From positions 962,983 to 1,026,982 of the forward strand of contig CDRNVI010000029.1 in the NCBI GenBank assembly GCA_977017575.1: 64,000 nt of DNA, written 5' to 3'. The notes beneath the pieces are model-generated. The model searched no databases. It saw nothing but the letters and a program-made list of their open reading frames with translations, and had not been told where the DNA came from. The DNA comes from Paramoeba atlantica (taxonomy: Eukaryota > Protista > Discosea). Shown here in pieces: positions 61,865 to 64,000 of this stretch (within the stretch, counting starts at the first letter, position 1; each line of letters opens with the position of its first letter). The translations under genes and the position numbers were made by a program.

Positions 61865-63314
61865 CTACCACGCACTCACTGCACCACCATGTGGATACAA
61901 CTCCATTGTGGCATTAACCACTTCAGGCGAATGCATGATTGCAACTAAGGTGTCAGTCCAAGGTGCTTGTTGATCGCGACGATTGACCACAATCAGATTG
62001 GCATACGGTGATTCCTTACTTTCATGCAACACCGCATCTTGTGGGGTTAACCCTGTCATCGGTAAAAAGTCATTGTTGATCGCCACTAAATCGGCATTAG
62101 ACAATGCATGTGCCAATTGTGCCGCATCCATTGCCACCAAGCGTAACTGCCTTGGGTTGCTTATCACATCTCGCAAACTGGTATTAACCGATACATCGGA
62201 TGTTAAGCGGATCAACCCGGCATGTTGTAAGATTAATAAGGCACGTGCCTGGTTACTCGGATCATTAGCAACCGCTACCAATGCCTTTGCTGGCAATTGT
62301 GAACTATCCGTTATTTTTTTCGAGTAAAACCCCATTGGATACACAAATGTTTTGCCAATCACCGCTAATTGCAAACCGTGATCACGTACTTGCGCTTGCA
62401 AATACGGCTCATGCTGGAAAATATTCGCATCGATTTTACCATCATTCAATGTAATATTCGGCAGTGCATAATCGTCAAAGGTGACTATGTCTAATTCCAC
62501 ACCGTAACGTTCACGCCCAACGTGTTGCGCCACTTGCATAATATCTTGTTGTACTCCAGCGATAATACCAACACGGATCACATCGGTTTTTTCCAAGGAC
62601 TTTGCCACAGCAAAGGGTAACAATGCACAACCAGCAGCAACGCCAACAGCAATATATAAAATTGACAGGCGTCGTGTTTTCGCAATCACATCTCCAACAC
62701 TTTGTAGTATTTGTACTAATACAACCAATAAAATCACGGTTTCTACAATGACAATCGGATCAAAGCGCTGATAACCATAATTAATCGCTAATTCACCTAA
62801 GCCACCGCCACCAACTGCACCCGCCATTGCTGAATAACCAACTAACCCGATGATGGTTAACGTTGCCCCTTTGACTAAACTAGGCAATGCCTCTGGTAAC
62901 AATACATAACGCACTAATTGCCAACGTGTAGTGCCCATTGCAAATGCAGCTTCTAACAAACCGTGCGGTACTTCTGCTAATGCAGCTTCACTGACTCTGG
63001 CATAAAACGGGATAGCCGCAATGGTTAGCGGCACAATCGCAGCAGTGGTACCAATATACGTACCGACTAACAAACTGGTTAATGGGATCACGCCAATTAA
63101 TAAAATAATAAATGGTACCGATCGAGTGACGTTAATGATAAACCCTAATCCTTGATGCAGATAACGTAATCCCTTACCTTGACTTTTTTTCAGTAAAAAA
63201 CAAGATCACACCTAATACTAATCCAACAGTGATACCAACTGCACTGGCAACAAATACCATGTACCATGTTTCCCACATCGCTTTGATTAATGGAATAATT
63301 GCAAACTCAGACAT
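61865..63314 (-). pseudogene. Fused methionine ABC permease + substrate-binding protein (metI-metQ) with an apparent +1 frameshift in an A7 tract at 63184-63190
   Basis: The 5' part (WETWYMV) and the downstream frame (RSVPFIILL..IPLT...EAAFAMG..AMAGAVGGGGLG, then DANIFQHEPYL) join if one A is removed. Confidence 0.8.
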
Positions 63315-64000
63315 AACCTAACACCTCTGACTTCACCGATTGAGTGGTTAAGTAAGTTAATACCTGTTCAATTGCAGCTGACTCACCAATCAATTGGCAC
63401 AGCATAAAACCAATGTTATTACCATGAATGTATTCCAGATCAGCTTGTAGAATATTCACCACCACGCCAAAACGTTGATGAATATCGGTTACCAATGGCG
63501 TATTCGCTGAATTATTCACAAAGGTTAAGCGAGCCAGGGGATACAAACCAGCGGCGGGTTCAAACACCACACGTTGTTGTAAATTCTCTGGCAATTCCAA
63601 ATGAAATGCTTGACCAATTAAACGTTGAGTCACTGGGTGTGTTGGTTCAGCAAATACATTAATCACATCACCGTATTCAACCAACTTACCATTGTCGATG
63701 ATCCCAACCCGATCACAAATCTGTTTAATCACATCCATCGAGTGGGTAATTAACACAATCGTGAGTCCCATGTCTTGGTTGATCCGCTTTAACAATGCCA
63801 AAATGGTGTGGGTTGTTTCTGGATCTAATGCAGACGTAGCTTCATCACATAACAATAAACGCGGTTCAGTAGCTAGCGCACGCGCAATGGCTACCCGCTG
63901 TTTTTGCCCACCACTTAATTGATGTGGAAAATGCTCACGTTTATCGCTTAATTCAACTAACTCGAGTAATGGATCAACAGTATTGGCAATTGCTAGCTTA
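63307..64000 (-). CDS. metN: Methionine ABC transporter ATP-binding protein, 5' part outside the window
   Basis: LSGGQKQRVAIARAL, LCDEATSALDPETT, C-terminal NIL domain; frame open to the window edge. Confidence 0.93.
   Translation of the reverse strand, partial: KLAIANTVDPLLELVELSDKREHFPHQLSGGQKQRVAIARALATEPRLLLCDEATSALDPETTHTILALLKRINQDMGLTIVLITHSMDVIKQICDRVGIIDNGKLVEYGDVINVFAEPTHPVTQRLIGQAFHLELPENLQQRVVFEPAAGLYPLARLTFVNNSANTPLVTDIHQRFGVVVNILQADLEYIHGNNIGFMLCQLIGESAAIEQVLTYLTTQSVKSEVLGYV

Overview
The window has two very different parts. Bases ~1-55,900 are compact, apparently intronless eukaryotic DNA in which every credible gene (~30) lies on the minus strand. The recognisable genes include an M32 carboxypeptidase, a long uS11m, a DDX60-like helicase, RRP40, RRP45, DBR1, primase, MutY and ribosomal P2. 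The layout and gene set are those of a kinetoplastid polycistronic cluster; the very short spacers suggest a reduced, Perkinsela-like genome, which is inference and not proven. This part starts with a decayed RT + restriction-like-endonuclease non-LTR retrotransposon. It also holds a probable snoRNA cluster (23.3-23.9 kb) and a ~1.5-kb non-coding element built from nested inverted repeats and four CGTTC-N9-AGATCT sites (20.1-21.7 kb). Recurring C-rich-then-G-rich skew-inversion islands cut through genes at roughly 4-kb or 8-kb spacing. From ~55,900 to the end the DNA switches abruptly to AT-richer gammaproteobacterial sequence: epimerase, GT4, a wzy/EpsG pseudogene, wecA, CIRCE-controlled rpoH, higBA with an operator, a frameshifted metI-metQ fusion and metN. 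That block is either an assembly chimera with a co-sequenced bacterium or a very recent insertion.
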